A stretch of DNA of 64,000 nt, from contig NC_058373.1 of the NCBI RefSeq assembly GCF_018350175.1, positions 117,678,001 to 117,742,000 on the forward strand. Direction: 5' to 3'. This document shows positions 39,630-54,690 of this stretch, piece after piece (position 1 is the first letter of the stretch; each line of letters starts with the position of its first letter). Below the pieces are notes generated by a model that worked only from the letters and a program-made list of their open reading frames with translations, searched no databases and had not been told where the DNA came from. The position numbers and the translations under genes were made by a program. The stretch is from Felis catus. Lineage: Eukaryota.

Positions 39630-41520
39630 TCACTGAGCACCTACAAACTGCTAGGAACTGTACTAAGTGATAAAGTTTCAAAAACAAATGAGACATGGGT
39701 CCTGCCTCGAGCAGCTCAAGTTTAGGAGGTGTGATAGGCAGCCTGTAAGATGGCCACTAACCCCCCCCCCCTTCCTGGTATTTATAAGCTTATATAATTC
39801 TCTCCTCTTGAGTGTGGGCTGGACTTACTGAATCATCTCTATCAAGTAGAATATGAGAAGTGATGGGATGTCCCTTCTAATATGGAGTAATAAAAAGACT
39901 GTGGCTTGCATCTTTGGCATACTCTCTTATGTTTTCTCACAAACCGCTCTAAGGGAAGCCAGCTGTTGTGTTGTGAGATGATCTATAGAGAGGTCTATAT
40001 TGCAACAAATAAAGGGAGGCCTCAGTCCAACAGTCTTGGAGGCAATGAATCACTTACATGGCCATAACCATGTAAGTGAGCTTAGAATTAGAACCTCTCC
40101 TGTAGAGCCTTCAGATGAGATCACAGCCCTAAATGATAAGTTGACTGCCACTTCATGGGAGACCTTGATCCAGAGGCACCCAGCTAAACCATGTATGTTC
40201 CTGTCCACAGAAAGTATGAGGTAATAAATGCTTATGGTTTAAGCTATTAGGTTTTGGAGTAATTTGTTATACAGCAACAAATAACTATTATAGGTCGTAT
40301 TTTTTTAAATGACTATAATACAATATACCTAGTACTATAAAAGGGAATGAATAAAGTGATTATAGATGGAGAAGCAATAAATAAGGGGGGGTGGGGCTTG
40401 GGAAAAGCCTGAGCGGAGGTAGCATTTGATCTGGGCCTTGAAGGATGAAGAATTATTTGCTAAGTGGGAAAAAAGAGAGAGAGAGAAAAGAGCATTACAG
40501 AGTTTAAGGTGCATGGTCCACTTAAGCAAAACAGCGTATCTCAAAGAGAACAGGAGAAAAGGCAAGTGGCAGAAGATAATGCTAAAAAGGTAAGAAGAAA
40601 GATTGTCAAGGGTCCCTTATGCAGGCGTGGAGATCTGAATTTGACTCTGTAGGCACTGAGGAACCCTCAGAGATTTTTAAGCAAGGACCTGATTTGCTTA
40701 CATGCATGCTTTGGAGAGATGACTCTGGTGGCAGGGCAAAGGGTAGATTAGTGGAGATGGCTGGGGCAAGATGATCAGTTACAATACCACTTATTCTACA
40801 AATTTTTATTGAGCACTTGTGATGTGCCAGGCACTGCGGAGAGTGCTAAGCAATGAGTTACACAGACAAAAGTTCTACTAATGTTGAGCTTAGGTTCCAG
40901 AGTGGGGGCACTAGTCCAGGACCAGCTTTATAACTGCAGGAATAAATCAGGGAAACATTTGAGGGGTAGAACTGGTCAACAGAACATGATTCTTACCTGG
41001 ATACAGGTGTGAGCAAGAGGAAGGACTCAAAGATGACACCAAGATTCCTAGATTGGGCTGAAGAGTGGATGGGCCACACTGTTAGCTGAGATGGGTATGG
41101 AGGGCTTGCAAAGAGTAATATAGATTCAGTTTTGGCACGTGGCACTTGTGCAAGTGAGACATTTGGTGAAGATGTCCAGTGTGAGTGAGAAAATATGGGT
41201 CTATGTTCAGGAGAGAGGACAGGCTGAAGATGTAGATTTATAAATCATCAGGTAGGGGCGGTAGATGGAGCCCTGGAACTTGGTGAGATACTTGGGTAGA
41301 GACCACAGAGGGAAGGGCGGGGAGGGTAACCACTGGAACTGAAGGCATTACAGGGCATCGACAAGAGAACTCAGTGAGAAAGAGACTACGTTGTCACAAA
41401 AGGGCCAGAAGAGCCCGGAGAGAGTCCTTCAAGGCATCCAAGGAAAAGGAAAGGATGGCCACACCATCAAGTGAGAGAGGAGGGAAGATAAGAACTGAAA
41501 AGAATAAGCCATTGATCACT
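39630..41520 (-). mobile_element. L2 fragments, split by the MLT1 LTR at 39730-40292
   Basis: CACTGAGCACCTAC..., TTTATTGAGCACTTGTGATGTGCCAGGCACTG and GATTTTTAAGCAAGG L2 motifs. Confidence 0.65.
39730..40292 (+). mobile_element. MLT1 (ERVL-MaLR) solo LTR
   Basis: Starts TGTGATAGGCAGCC...AAGATGGCC. Ends AATAAATG...TTTAAGCTA...TTTTGGAGTAATTTGTTATACAGCAAC, the MLT1 3' signature. Confidence 0.85.
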
Positions 41521-42072
41521 GGACAAAGTGGTCTCTGGGAGTAGTGCACCCTCACGCCTCTCTGGATGGCTGGATGTTTTCAGCATTGTAGAGGGAAGAA
41601 TTCACGAGAAGATTCTCTTGCAACATGCTTCTCCTTCCACAGGCTTTGTCCTTCACTCTCAAGCTTGGAAATGCCATATGAAATAGTCTCAGGAATACTG
41701 TCTGTATCTGTTTCCATTCATTGATAGCAGGGGTCAGTTTTTGACAGAGATTCCACGGCCAAAGTTACAGCCTACCAGGATCAGTTTCCATCCTGTCCCC
41801 AGAGATGCATCAAGTCTCTGGAAGCCAGTTCTTTCTCTCTAACCTTGGACTGAAGCTCTTCAGTCCCCAGTTTCAGACCCCTGCCTGCAAGTCTGGGGCA
41901 GGTCCTGGTGGAGGCTTCTCCCACAGCCCAGAGTCTGGTCAGGTGGATCTGCATATTCTCCAGGAATTCCCACATCCAGGAGGGAAGTTGTTGGCACAGA
42001 CAGGAGAGCAGCAGACTGAATGGTGAGGAGAGGGGAGGATGGAAATGATCACCAGGCAGCAATGTTGGTGAC

Positions 42073-42691
42073 TGTGGTGCTTTTATAAAATGTCCACAAA
42101 TTCTTTAATCCTCCTCTTTTCAAGAGTTGGAAGCTAGTCTCCAAACATTGAATGTGGGCTAGACTTAATGAGCTGTTTTAAGAAATAACAGTAAAAGAGG
42201 AAGTAACAATATGTAATTGTGGAGTCTATATTATAAAAAGGTAACTCAGGTTTCCATTTTGATCTCTTCCTCCCTCTCCTCCACCCTCCCTCCCTGCCTC
42301 CTTCCCTACCCTCTCTCTGGAGAAAGTCAGCTGCTACATTACCAGGTGCCCAATGGAAACACCTACATGGCAAAGAACTGAGAGTGGCCTCAAGCCAACA
42401 GCCAGAAGAGAACTGAGGCCCTCAATCTAACAGCCTGAGATGAATGGAGGCCCGTCAACAACACATGAACAAGCGTAGAAGTGACTCCTTCAGCCCGAGT
42501 CAACCCTCGAGATGACTGCAGTCCCATCCAACATCTTGCCTACCACCTCATGAGAGAACATGTGCCAAAACCACCCAGCTAAGTCATTCCCAGATTCCTG
42601 ACCCCCAGAAACTATAAAATAATAAATGTTTGTTGCTCTAAGCTGCTGAGTTTGGGAGTAATTTGTTACACAGCAATAGATAACTAATACA
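42073..42691 (+). mobile_element. MLT1 (ERVL-MaLR) solo LTR
   Basis: TG...CA termini. 3' signature AATAAATGTTTGTTG...GAGTAATTTGTTACACAGCAATAGATAACTAATACA. Confidence 0.88.
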
Positions 42692-45600
42692 CTGGCAAAG
42701 GAGGATCAGTAAGGGGTCTGGTGGGAAGGCTCTAGAAAAGCCAGACATTTGACAAGACTCCTGCTGAGGCAGGATCCCAGCCACAGTGAGGGCCAGTGCT
42801 GGGCTAAATAATGAAGGCATAAGTGGGGTTTGGGATTTTATCTAATTTCTCCTCCATGGAGGGCTATTACTTTTTAAAGAAATCATCTTTAAAAGAGCTA
42901 AGAGTGGAAACTAAGATAATTTAAAGGGTGACGTGGGGGTGACTAGAAAAGGAAGTGAATAGGTGTGAAACCTCACAATGCAACAGAAACACACCCAAAG
43001 CCTTCCTGAGTCCAACCTGTTGGCACAGTGTGGGCCAGAGGGCCCTTCTCTACCATCCAAGCTGCTCCCTTTGGCCTCTGTTCTTGCCCTCCCCTCCCCT
43101 GTCTCCCCCTCCCCTTGCTGCACCTTCCTTCCACTTTCCTGAGTCTATCTCACCTCCAACAACATTTCTGTTCATCTTCCCTGGAACAAGTCCTCCCTGC
43201 TAGCAAGTCAGGGATTTCCTGGAACTTCAACAAACTGATATGAGCAGAACAACAACCTACAGCCAGTATTTTGACCTAAAGCAAGCAATGCTTGGATATC
43301 TTCATGATCATTACTCCTAATATTGTCAAGTAAGCATCTTTCTAGTCACTGGTTTCATTGGATGAAATTATTGATTTCATTATTGGGGGGACAACAATCC
43401 TGTGAGGTGGGCAGGTCAGATCTAAATATTTCTGATTTACAGGCAAGGAAGCTGCAGTTCAGAATGGTTCTGGCAACAAGCAAACAGTGGATACAGGGCT
43501 AGGATCCACATCTCTACACTCGAGTCCTTTGGACCCTTTACCTCACCCCATGGTCTCTCACTACGTGGTTCCAAGATAGCTGACCCACATGAAGCTGCCC
43601 AACTCCATTTCAGGTTCCTTAAGTTGCTAAATATAATAGCATTTTCCCCTTTTATTCACAAGAAGTTCACTAAGGCACTGTTGGTCACTGAATTTCTCTG
43701 TGCCTCAGTTTTGTCAGTTTGTACCACCCAAAGGTGGTCCAGCTGTCCCCTAAAGCCTTTTTGGCCCTCAATGTTCCATGCCTTGAGAAAAATCTCTCAG
43801 AAAGCTGGGCTTCCTCACACAAGAAAAGGCATCAAAACCTCACCATCTCACAGTGACAAATCCCAGAAATCCCTGGGGAAGAATCGCCCGGGAGCAAGCC
43901 AGTCCAGCCCATTCAAAGGGACCCTGCAGGCTACCAGAGGTAGGCCAGCAGCCTCTGGTGGCATTACTGGGCTTTGGCACCTAAGAATCTCAACAGAGGT
44001 CCCTGACATCACTAGCTACAGCTCCTCTGCCAAAGGCTAGAGAGGGAAGGGGCCATTACCCTCTTCTCACCTCACCAGCCCACTCAATCCTGCTGGCCAG
44101 TTATTCCTGCATGGAACCAGGTGTTCAAGTCCTCCCTAGAGCTACCCTAAGTGGATTGCCCATCATCGGCTCTCCCAGTGGAGCCTCTGAGAGAAACACA
44201 AAAAGACATCCGGCAACCAGAGCCAATTTCACAACAGGCCCAGACACCTCCATTACCCTGTCAAGCCAAGAAAGGACAGGAGTGTTCCTTATTCACTTTA
44301 TTTAGAAGAGGAACAAAAGAACATACAGAATGCCCCCCCCCTTCTTGCATTCACCAGACTGTATTGCAGTCATGATGCCTAAAACCCTTATCCTCTACTC
44401 TGAACCCCAACAAAGGCTCACCAACTCCTGCCAATCCTCTTCCCTCTTCCCCCTCCAATTTCCCCGAGTCACTAATTCACTTTCCAAATCAAGATGACAG
44501 GAGAAAGGAAAATGAGGATGATGATGGTGACAACCAGCCACCCATGAAGCCTCCTACCCAAGCTCCTTGAGCCCCTGAGGTCCCTGATGTCCTTCGACGC
44601 TCTCAACAAGAAGGAAACAAAAATCACACTGAACAGACACTGCTCAAAGGAGAAATATCCGTGGGATCCATGGGATTACGTCAAAACCCAGCACGGTCCA
44701 GCCTTGTATTAACTCGGCATTTGCTTCCAACTGCCAGCACAAAAGCACCACCAGCTCGGCACTAGTCCTGCATCTGTGGTCACTCAGTCCAGCTCCCAGA
44801 TCATTTGGCACCAGCCAAATTCTCATCTGAGATTAATCTGCCTTTCCTTATAATCAAATAAACATTTATCCAACAAATTCATGAATAAGATTGATCTCAC
44901 TGTTTACTTAGAAAGCTGGAGGAGTTGATTTTACACGGGCTTTATTTTTTCCTCCAGATAAATTAGGGAGTTTAGATAGTACAAGAGAAAGCAAATCAAT
45001 GGCTATTTTCAGTTACCAGCATCTGTCTTCAGATTTAATAGAAATGATTCTCTAAGACAAGTAGTTTATTCAGTACAATAACACCCATCGATGTTAGAGT
45101 ACCGCAGAAGGAGAGCCTTTCCTGATAGTTTGTAAATGTACACACTTGCCTCACAACTGTCTGAAGATTCACAAAGCCTTTCTGGGTAAGTGATGGTCCA
45201 CTCCATTTCATAACCAGGGAAACAAAAAGAGTATCTCTGAAATGGCCCTGGTTCACCTGAAGGATTGGTGTGAGAGAATTAGGAATATGTCACCAGAAAC
45301 CTAACCTCCCTTCAGAGATAACTAAACATGTGTCATATATGCCAGTTTTCCATCCCATACTCATGGCAGACATCACTAATCAATTCGACATTCTCTTCCA
45401 ATCCTCATGGCTGAGACCTTTGGGTCCTTCTGAACCCAGCACTCCAAGCAACCGTTACCAATCTGAGTTTTCGCATAGAAAGAAAAGAGTTGCTACCCCT
45501 GAGCTGGAAGATGTTAAGCTTAATAGGTTAAAAGCCTCCTGTGAGAGTTAAGGATTCAAACCTCAAGCAGTTCGCCAAATATTTAACTCCTGTTTCCTTT

Positions 45601-46109
45601 TCTGTGGGTCAGAGACCCTTATCCAAACAACTAGGACTGCCAACCGAACAGTGGCCTTGTTTTGTGGTTGGACTAACAGACAGTATTCCCACAGTCACAT
45701 ACTTCTGTTTTCACAGAAGATGATCTGAAAGACCCTTTCTAAAGACACTTTTTTAAATAGTGGTTAATATTTTTTTAAAACTACGCCATCAGTTATGAGG
45801 TACTGACCAACCCCTTCTTAAGTAATTCCTCTGTCTCTCATTGCCTGCGGCAGAAAGTAAGCTCCCTAGCATTACAAGCCTCTTTGCTCTCTGGTCACCA
45901 CTGCCTTTTTAAGATTCATCTTCTTTCATGACCACTGACCAACTACCACTACACCCTATGCAACAGCCACACAGAGAAGCACTTGAATTCCTCCCTCTCC
46001 CCACCCCACCCTCCTCCTCCAAAACCTACTCTTTTTGCACTTCACACTTTTGCACACAAAGGTCTCTCTCTCCTATCCTTCAGCTCCCATTCACAGCCAA
46101 ACCTGTTGA

Positions 46110-46280
46110 GCAGATGGTCTACACTCTAGCTACATAAAGCACAGTCCATGAACCAGAAGCCCAAGCATCACCTGGGAACTTGTTAGAAACACCCACTCTT
46201 GACCTACGACCTTAAATCTGCATTTTAACAAAATCCCTGGGCGACTCATGTGCACAATGAATTTTGAGATGCACCGTCCT
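46110..46280. mobile_element. MER5A-like hAT DNA transposon
   Basis: GCATCACCTGGGAACTTGTTAGAAA...AATCTGCATTTTAACAAAATCCC...ATGTGCACA...TTTGAGA. Confidence 0.8.
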
Positions 46281-49200
46281 AAATCCACTCCTTTCCTTTC
46301 TGGGATACCCACTCAGTCTTCATTCTCTCTAATCTGACTTCCCTCCCTGCCTCTCCACCAAATCAACTCTCATCGAATGAGGGAAACTGTCAATTCATAT
46401 ACGAATAAAAGAATCAACGAAATACCACCTCCACCTTTTGCCTACCCTTACAACTTCCATTCATCCTTCAAGGCCAGCCCCACTTCAGTAAAGACCCATG
46501 CAGACAAGGAAACCAAAGTGCCAAGAGGCTGGGGCAACTGCCAGACAATAGCCAGAGCAAGCTCTCAGCACCCACATTATTCCACCTTTGAGTGACATCA
46601 AGAAAGATGCCCATGACCTCCCATGGCAGGCCCTCACAGCCACAGTCAGAGGCAGAGCCCCAAGGCTGGAACAGGAATGGCAAGTCTAATGTTGCTTTGT
46701 GGCTGAAGGCCCACATGGGCTAATCAAATCAGGTTCCTTTGTTCCGGTTCCTACCTACTGCCGCATACTCTACCTAATCTCCCAACCCCTTCTCTGTTCT
46801 CTCCCTTCACCGCACTTCCCAAGCAGCCACCCTTCTCACTCTCCTTGCCTCGAGAGGGAGGCTCTCCTTTTCCTTTGGAGAACAAGGAGCTCAGAGAGGA
46901 AATATCAGGCTCTGGTCTTCCCATTTCTCCACTCCACAGCAATGCCATTCTGGTGATCCTGAACTTTAGAGCCCATTAGGAGCGCCAGGGGTGATGCAGA
47001 TCCTGACAGGGGCTGGGATCCTTGAGCCACACTTGGGGACCCCCTGCCTCCTAGACTCTCCTCAAGGCTCCTGCATATCAGCAAGCTATGCCACCATGTA
47101 GGCATTCGAGACCACGGGCAAGTCCACCAGCTGCTCTGAGTCTGCCTTGGTCAAATGAGACTCCACAACATTTCCTGCCCACCTCATCCTTCTATTGTGA
47201 GGATCCTGCTGACAGGGTGTGTGTTACTGCTTTGTTAAACTGGAAAACACTTTTTCAAAGAAAGGAAAAAGCAAGGTTTTGCCACTCTTCGGCTTTGTTT
47301 TGGCACCAGCCAACAGCCTCTATTCTCATTCCCAGAAATTCCATATTCCTCTCAACCTCAGCCTACTGTCGACATACTCTTAAGTGTTTCAGACAGTCCT
47401 GTGATTGTTGGATGCAAAAGACATCAATTCATATTGGCCAGTGTCCAGACATAAGCTACATCTTCCTGATAGCAGTTCTGTTTGCCAGAGACCTGTGGGT
47501 CCCATGCATAAACAGGAGGCCCTCACTTCCTCTCAGGGGCCTCAGACAGGCAACATATGCTCTCTTTCCAAGATAAGGCCTTTTTGGACAACAAAGCACT
47601 TAGAATATTTCCCTTGTATCAATAAGAACAAACACAAATGCCCACCCCAGCATTAGTGGGACTGATCTGGCGGGGGCAGGAAAGAGTTAAGGCATCATTT
47701 CCATTGTGTTGTTATGAGCCACTGAGTATCTTTGAAGCCTAATTAAAGTGCACTCTTTCAATGATGAATGAATTAGCCCCAGAATAAGCATCGCTTTCCA
47801 CCATTTTCTGTTTTTGTGTCTTTTAACTATTTTAAGAGGAAAACACCTGAGCCCAAATCCAAAGGGGGCAGTTAGTCATAGCCAGGTTGGCTCTGATTTA
47901 CTGGGTCCACCAGTAATTCTTTAATCTCATTGGAAGCTCCACCCGCTACTCCTTAACACATACCACTCTTTCTGTGTTACCTCTCACGCACCCATATCCA
48001 TAGACTCCACATCCATTCTTGGAATCACACCTCTGCATATTATCTGCTGACACCTTCCTCTCTGTCCTACTCACCTCAACTCCAGTTAAGCCCAACCCTC
48101 TCCTAGTCTGTGCCTGTACCCAAAGCCACTGTGCTGATCAGCCTCCATTGAAATGGTGACCACAAATCTTGGTAGTACCCTATATTTTGCTGATCAAACC
48201 CCTCTCCCACACCTCTCCATTTTCTCCAATCCCCCATAGCTTATTCACCTCCTCCCACTCTCCTTATTTAGTTAAGAACACACATTAGTGGTCAGAATAA
48301 AACTATTTCATTTTCTCCATGCAAATCCCCCCAGCCCTCTGCACCTGCGCCCCTATGCTTGTCACCCTCCTATACTGGAAACGAACTCTCCCAGCTCCTA
48401 CCCAAGGCCAATCCCCTACTTGTACCCAGATCCCAAACCTCTCACACTTCCCTGAGAACTCTGTTCCTGCTATTAATTCCTCTGGCATCAATTTCTCTCT
48501 CTGGTCAACAGTTCTGCTGGCATAGAAATACACTGTAAGAGCTCCCATTTTTCAAAGAGACCCTTCTTGATTATCTCCTCCATCAATGACCCAATTTCTG
48601 CTCCTCTTTTCAGCCCAACTCCTTGAAAGGGCATTGCCCTCCATCCCCTTTCTGTAGTCTCCTGTCTTCCTCCCACATGCCCAGCTGTCCCTTCTCAGTC
48701 TCCTTTGCTGGAATCTTCACTTCTCTCTGATTCCAGACTCTTCTTTCTATCTGGTTAGACTCACTTCCCCCACATGTCATCCACACACTTGAAACTCCCA
48801 AACTGATCCCTCCAGCACAGACCCGTCCCCTGAGTTCCGGACCCATACATTCACCTGCCACGGTGGTTGGGAACTCAAAGACTAAAAGTAAAAAAGATCC
48901 AAGATAGTGAATCCCTATCTCGAGGGGTGGTGGGGACCCTGAAGCCAGCAGGGGAGCCTGCAGTTGGAGGAGATGTAGTATCTGCATGGAGCTGGGAGGT
49001 TCAACTCATAGCAAGCAGAAAAGCAGAAAGCACCAACTTTCAGAACTCCTGGGATGCATTTTGGATCACGAATAAGTAAAGAAAAGAGATCCTCACAAGT
49101 TCCAGAATCATGAGAACAGAGAGGAGAGATAAAGCGAGAAGAGGAAGAATTGGTAAATCTGGGGGGAAGGACACAGGGTGGGAGGAGTGGGGGAGACAAA

Positions 49201-52200
49201 GAAAGACGCAGAAGACAAAGGAAGGAATGGGTAAGAGAATGAAAATAAGAACCCAGAAAAAAGATTTGGGTTCTTCCTTATTCAGGAGACACAGCCAGAA
49301 TTCTGGCTGAATTCTTAACAAGATGTAGAAACTCAATTCTCTGAGTCCGCCCTAAAGAGTATTTAGCACTATTACTAATAACAGTTCCCACTTATCAAGG
49401 TGCTTCCTGAGTGCTAGACGCTTTAAACACATGTCCTCATTCAGTGCTTGAAACAACCTGTGACCCAGGTGTCACTGTCCCCATTTTCAGAGTAGGGAAG
49501 TCATTGACTCAAGACGTCCTAGCAAAGGGTTGGCAGAGGAAAGACGCACAGGCATATCTTATCCCAACACCCATGCAGGCAAATACCACACCACTCAGCC
49601 GCAGGAGACAGACCTGGAGAAGGACCCTTCTCCTGTCCCAAGGAGACTGAGGGGCTGGTGGGCCACTCTCACGGAGCACTGGACCTCTGACCATCCAGTC
49701 GCTTCCCAAGTCAGAGGGCTGCCCTCCTGCGCTTAAGGTCCTGCTTCCTCTCCACGACCCCTGTCCCCTGTCCACACTCCAGGTGAATCTGAGCATTTGG
49801 GGGAACCTGTCATCCCAGCCCCCACAGCTAATCCAGGGTCCTGGATTAAAAGCATTCCTGAATTACCCCAGGGCAAAATCGGGTCAAGGCCACCTCCAAA
49901 CCCCGGCCTCACAGAGTTAAAGGTGAGCAACTGGAAGAGCTTAGAGGCAAAGAAGTTAATTAGCTCCCTAAAACTAAAAGGGGCAGAACAGAGCCTGGGC
50001 AGAGGCAGTGTAGTTACAGGAGGAGGCCCGAAGAAGAGAGCACTCGAGTGGAAGCCCAGAGCCTCAGGCCTGCACGGCCCCCAGGGAGCACTGAAATCTT
50101 GGCAATGACTCTTGGGTGTCTGTTTCCTCCTCTATTGGATCCACTCTGAGGCCTCTTCTCTGCACTCAATGGCCGAGGACAGGGTGGCACTCGGGCCCAA
50201 CACAGTCTCCTGTGGGACAGAGCCTGACCTCTGGAAGGCCAGAGCTGGGCGACATCAACGCCTCTCTGCAAGCATGCACCCCACAAGTGCCCCGGAACCA
50301 CACAGAAGATGCCCAGTCTCGCCCCAACCCAGCTTTCTCCACCTGTCTCTGCAAGCAGGGGAAGAGGTGGATGAGGCAGGGATTCGCAGGCGTGGGTGGG
50401 CAAAGTGGACAGAAGAGGCCTCTGCTTCATGACATGATCAGTGATGGGGGTCAGGGTAAGATATAAACTGCCATCTCCCTTCCACAAACCCCTGGCACGG
50501 TGCCTGAAACTTCCACCACTGAAGTGACCCTCGTGGCTTAAAAACTTGACTTCCAAAAAGCCGCAGTTAAAATGCACAGCACTTTCTCAGACAAGTTAAC
50601 TCGATCACGGGTTCCTCACTCGGTCTACTCAGAGCTTCTGTCAGCACCAGAGTGAGCCTTGGAATACCTGGTCCAACCCCTTCTTTAAACACCTGAGGAA
50701 ACTGAGCCCTCCAAAGGTGAAGTGACTGGCCCAGGGCCACAGGGCAAGGTGGCAGCAAGGCTAGAATGTTGCCCCACGTCTCCTAAGTCCTTCCACGGCA
50801 TGGACTGGCTCCTGGGAGTGTAACTCGGGTGGTCTGGAATCATGGCGTCCTGCTCCTGAGCTGCCCCTGCTCCTGTTCAGCTACCACAGCAAAACCCCTG
50901 GGGCCTCGCCAGCTGACTCCTCCCTGACCCTGCCTTCCGGAAGGATGAATGCACATCAAAACCCTGGGGCCAAAGTATTCCTGGGTACTGTCCATTCCGC
51001 ATCCAGCTCCCTTTTCCACAGCCTCCTGGGAAGGAGAAGTTTCCAGAAGGGAGAGCTCTAAAGGCTTTCACAGAAAAAGGACCCTTCTAAGAAACATTCC
51101 TCTGGACAATAGGAATAAGGCAAGAAAACAGGGGGAAAACAGGTTTGGTTTTTAATGTTGCATTCTCACCAACATGGCATCCTGGAACTTTGGAGTTCAT
51201 CCGACTGATATCAAGTTGAATCCCTTATTTACAAAGATGGAGAATGAATCTCTTTTGAAGCAGATCAACCAAATGACGCCTGAGGCCTTAAAATGAGGTA
51301 ATGGGAAGGAAAGAAGTACAGAGAAAGGACTAGTCCCCTGCCTGGGATTGAGACGGAGCTCTTTGCTCTCCTCCGGACAGGCTCACAGCCACCTAAGTGG
51401 TCCTGCAGAGCTTCCTGGCATGGGGGAGCCTGGCCAGGACAGCTGGCTCTTTGCAATGACCCAGTCAGCCCTTTCTGGGAAACCTAGATTCATTGGCATA
51501 CTGGCTAAATCCACAGTGCTGACCAGCCAGTGGGTAACAGGACTCACGGCCAGGATGGATTCTCCCCAGAGAATCCCCTGTCCTTGCCCGGCAGGACGCT
51601 TGCTACTACAGAAAAAGTAAAGTGTCACAGAGGAGGTTGGGGGAGAGGGAACAAGAGGGAGCAGAAGCCCAGAGCCCTTGGTTTGAGAAATGAGAGGGAG
51701 AATTCAGAAGGGCCATCTTCCCTGGACAACGGTTAGAAAGGAATGAACGCGCACCGGCCGTTGAAGTCAAATAGACACGTACATCTGCCTGGCTTCGGGC
51801 AGGTCACTACCCGACATCTGTCCTCCTCATTCCCCCAGCTCCCAAATGGGCCCAACATCCCAGGATTGTTAGAGGAGGTGATGAGATCAGAGGACCCATG
51901 ACGGCGTGTAGCTCCTCAATGAACCTCATTCTCCTTCTCTCCCTTAGAACACAAAACCCCATCTGGTCCACAGGAGTGGACCAAGAGTAAACACCCTCCC
52001 CGTAAGCCCTGGAAAGAGGCACAGGGCCCTCCCGGGGAGGAGGATGGCTGTCCCAGTGGCAATGGACTGACTCATTTGACCAACCGTCCTTAATTTCCCT
52101 CTTCACATTTCGGGAGCCCTAGAGTGCTCTTCCCCCAAATGAGGCATGCAGCAGAAATGAGCTGTGATTAGCACAGCAGAGAGACCAGAGGATGGGGGCA

Positions 52201-54484
52201 GGGGAGAGTGAGCTGCAGAGTTTCCTGGAATTAATGGAGAGGGAGCAGGAAGGGCAAGTTGCTGTCTCAGAAGATCTCGCTCTGCGCCAATCACCAGGCA
52301 GGGACTTCTTTTTTGAAGCCAACCTTCTCAACCTCTGTAGGGCAAAATCAACTCTGAGGGCTGCCTGTGATAGACCTAATGTGCCGTTAGAGGCAGGCCT
52401 GGGGTGCTTTCTGCAGGGCACACAGTTAAATTTCAAGCTAGCATGTAGGTGATCTAGGTGGATGCATGAACCAGACACAGAACATTGCGCGAGAAGCATT
52501 TAACACTCGGCCCCAGCGCGTTGGCTGAACCAGATTTGCATCAACATTACGGTGTAAAGGCAGATGAAGGAAAGAGAGATTTTGAAAGGGTTTGGTGAGA
52601 CAGTGCTGTATGAGGCCCAGGTGCTGCATAAATGTCAGCGGGGGTGGAGTAGGGAGGTAGCAGGGGGAAAGAGGGGTGGATCTAGAAGCTGGCATCCTAT
52701 TGCTTTTGCTTTTCTCAGAGGGAAGATGGCTATTACTCTATTGTGGGTTTCAATTCTGTGCTGTCAGATGACCTTTTCAGTCCAGGGCTCTGCCACGTCG
52801 GGGCACGCCTAAGCCAAGACAAGTGCCACTGAGCGTTACAGGCAAATAATAAGCAAAGGCAAACACACTAAAGATCCAGAGTCTAGTCCAGGTCCCGCCA
52901 CTTCCGTGTAGCTTTGACCAAGTCACAACCCTTCTGAGTTTTGGCCCGCTCATCTGCTAAGTGGGACAGTAGCCCCTGACAAGGCTGCTGGGAAGATTAC
53001 CTTGAAAATGTGGCTGTAATTTAGCACATCAGGAAGTGCCAACCATTCTTGGCCACCCAGAGATGGCCCCACTCTTTGGACTCACAATCCATGTTCCTCA
53101 TGCAGGGCTGCACGTCTTTCAGTCCCGAGGGCCAGCAAAGAACCCACCGACAAGACGAAGTGGGGAGACATGAGCACAGGAGGTAGAAGGGAAAGCGAGG
53201 TCCCAGGAAGTGCGATCTTAGGACTTCTTGATTCCCCCACAGGTAAAGCGGCTAAGGGCAGACAGGCAATGGTGCCAGAAGGTGCTTCCACACCCAAACA
53301 AAGGCAATGGCCAGAATCGGAGCCTTCTTTCCTCAACTCTCCTCAACCACGTTCAGTGACCTATAGCTCTAAAGGACACTTTTTCAAATAAACTCTCTCT
53401 CCAACTCGACTAAAAGGACAATCAGAGATTTGATCCCAAATTTCAATCGAGCTCTTAGATACAAAGCTCTCTGGGGCCAACCGGCCTCTCAGGATATCCC
53501 ATACTCCTCCCCAACGGTGTTACAAACCAGGAAGGGGTAGAAGAGCACTTTCTCTGGTTTCAGAATAATCCTTGGTGGAACAGACCCACAGAATCACGTG
53601 ACACTTAGCGAGGTGAACATTTCATCAGTTGGACACGCATCACACAGAAGACAGGATACACCGGGGTTCTGTCACAAGTCCTTTAGAAGGAATCCTGACC
53701 ACTTTTTTTCCCTCACAGGGGCTAGGATCCCACAGTCATGACACAGTCCGAGGCGGCCTGGTAGGGAAGAGTATATAAACCCAAACTTCTTCACGTGCAT
53801 AGCTGGGCTGCCCTCACACAGCCGTCCTCAACATTATATTCATCCTGCTCAAGGGCCCAAGATGCGCTGGCTTCCTCCTGTTCCTATTTCCTGCATTGTT
53901 GATCAGGCCCCACCATGATGGTGAATGCTGTTTGCATCCTCTGACTTCTCTCCACAGCCTGGGATCTTCCCCCACTCCATTCAGGTTCATCTCACTCTGC
54001 CTGCAGCCCCACTGTGCCGCTCACACCTCAGAGCTTTTGCTCAGGTATTTCCCACTCTCGGTGGCCTGTCTTCTCTTTGCTCACCCCAACTGCAGCCCAA
54101 CTGCGCTCTCCATGCAGTGCAGACCCCCCTCGCTATTCCAACCTGAGCTGGAAACTCCCTTCGCTCAGCCCGGGTGGCACCCACATTTTGTACCAACTTG
54201 GCACTTGTCTTGAATAATACGCTAACCACCTGTCTCCCCTCTTTATGAACAGAAAAGAGGACTTCCACAGTGGAGAGGGTCTGAGCAGAACAATCTTCGA
54301 CTGGAAAACTCAGACATTACCAGCTATGACTACTACCATTGTCAACTCAATCTCCCTGAGCCTCAATTTCCATGTCTGTGAAACAGGAATAGTAATCTGA
54401 ACCTGAGAAGGTGGGTATACAGCCTTCACAAGCTAACATCTATAAGAAGCCTATCAGTGACTAGCACATAGAAAGTATCCCCAA

Positions 54485-54690
54485 GGGGCGCCTGGGTGGC
54501 TCAACTGGTTGAGCATCCAAGTTCAACTCAGGTCACAATCTCACAGTTCGCAAGTTCAAGCCCCACATCAGGCTCGCTGCTGTCAACACAGAGCCCGCTG
54601 TGGATCCTCTGTCCCCCTCTCTATGCCCCTGGCCCGCTTATGCACACTCTCTCTCTCTTCTTCAAAAATAAACGTGATAAAAAAAAGAAA
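54485..54690 (+). mobile_element. CAN-SINE
   Basis: SINEC head and tail. TSD AGAAAGTATCCCCAA (54470-54484) / AGAAAGTGTCCCCAA (54691-54705). Confidence 0.92.
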
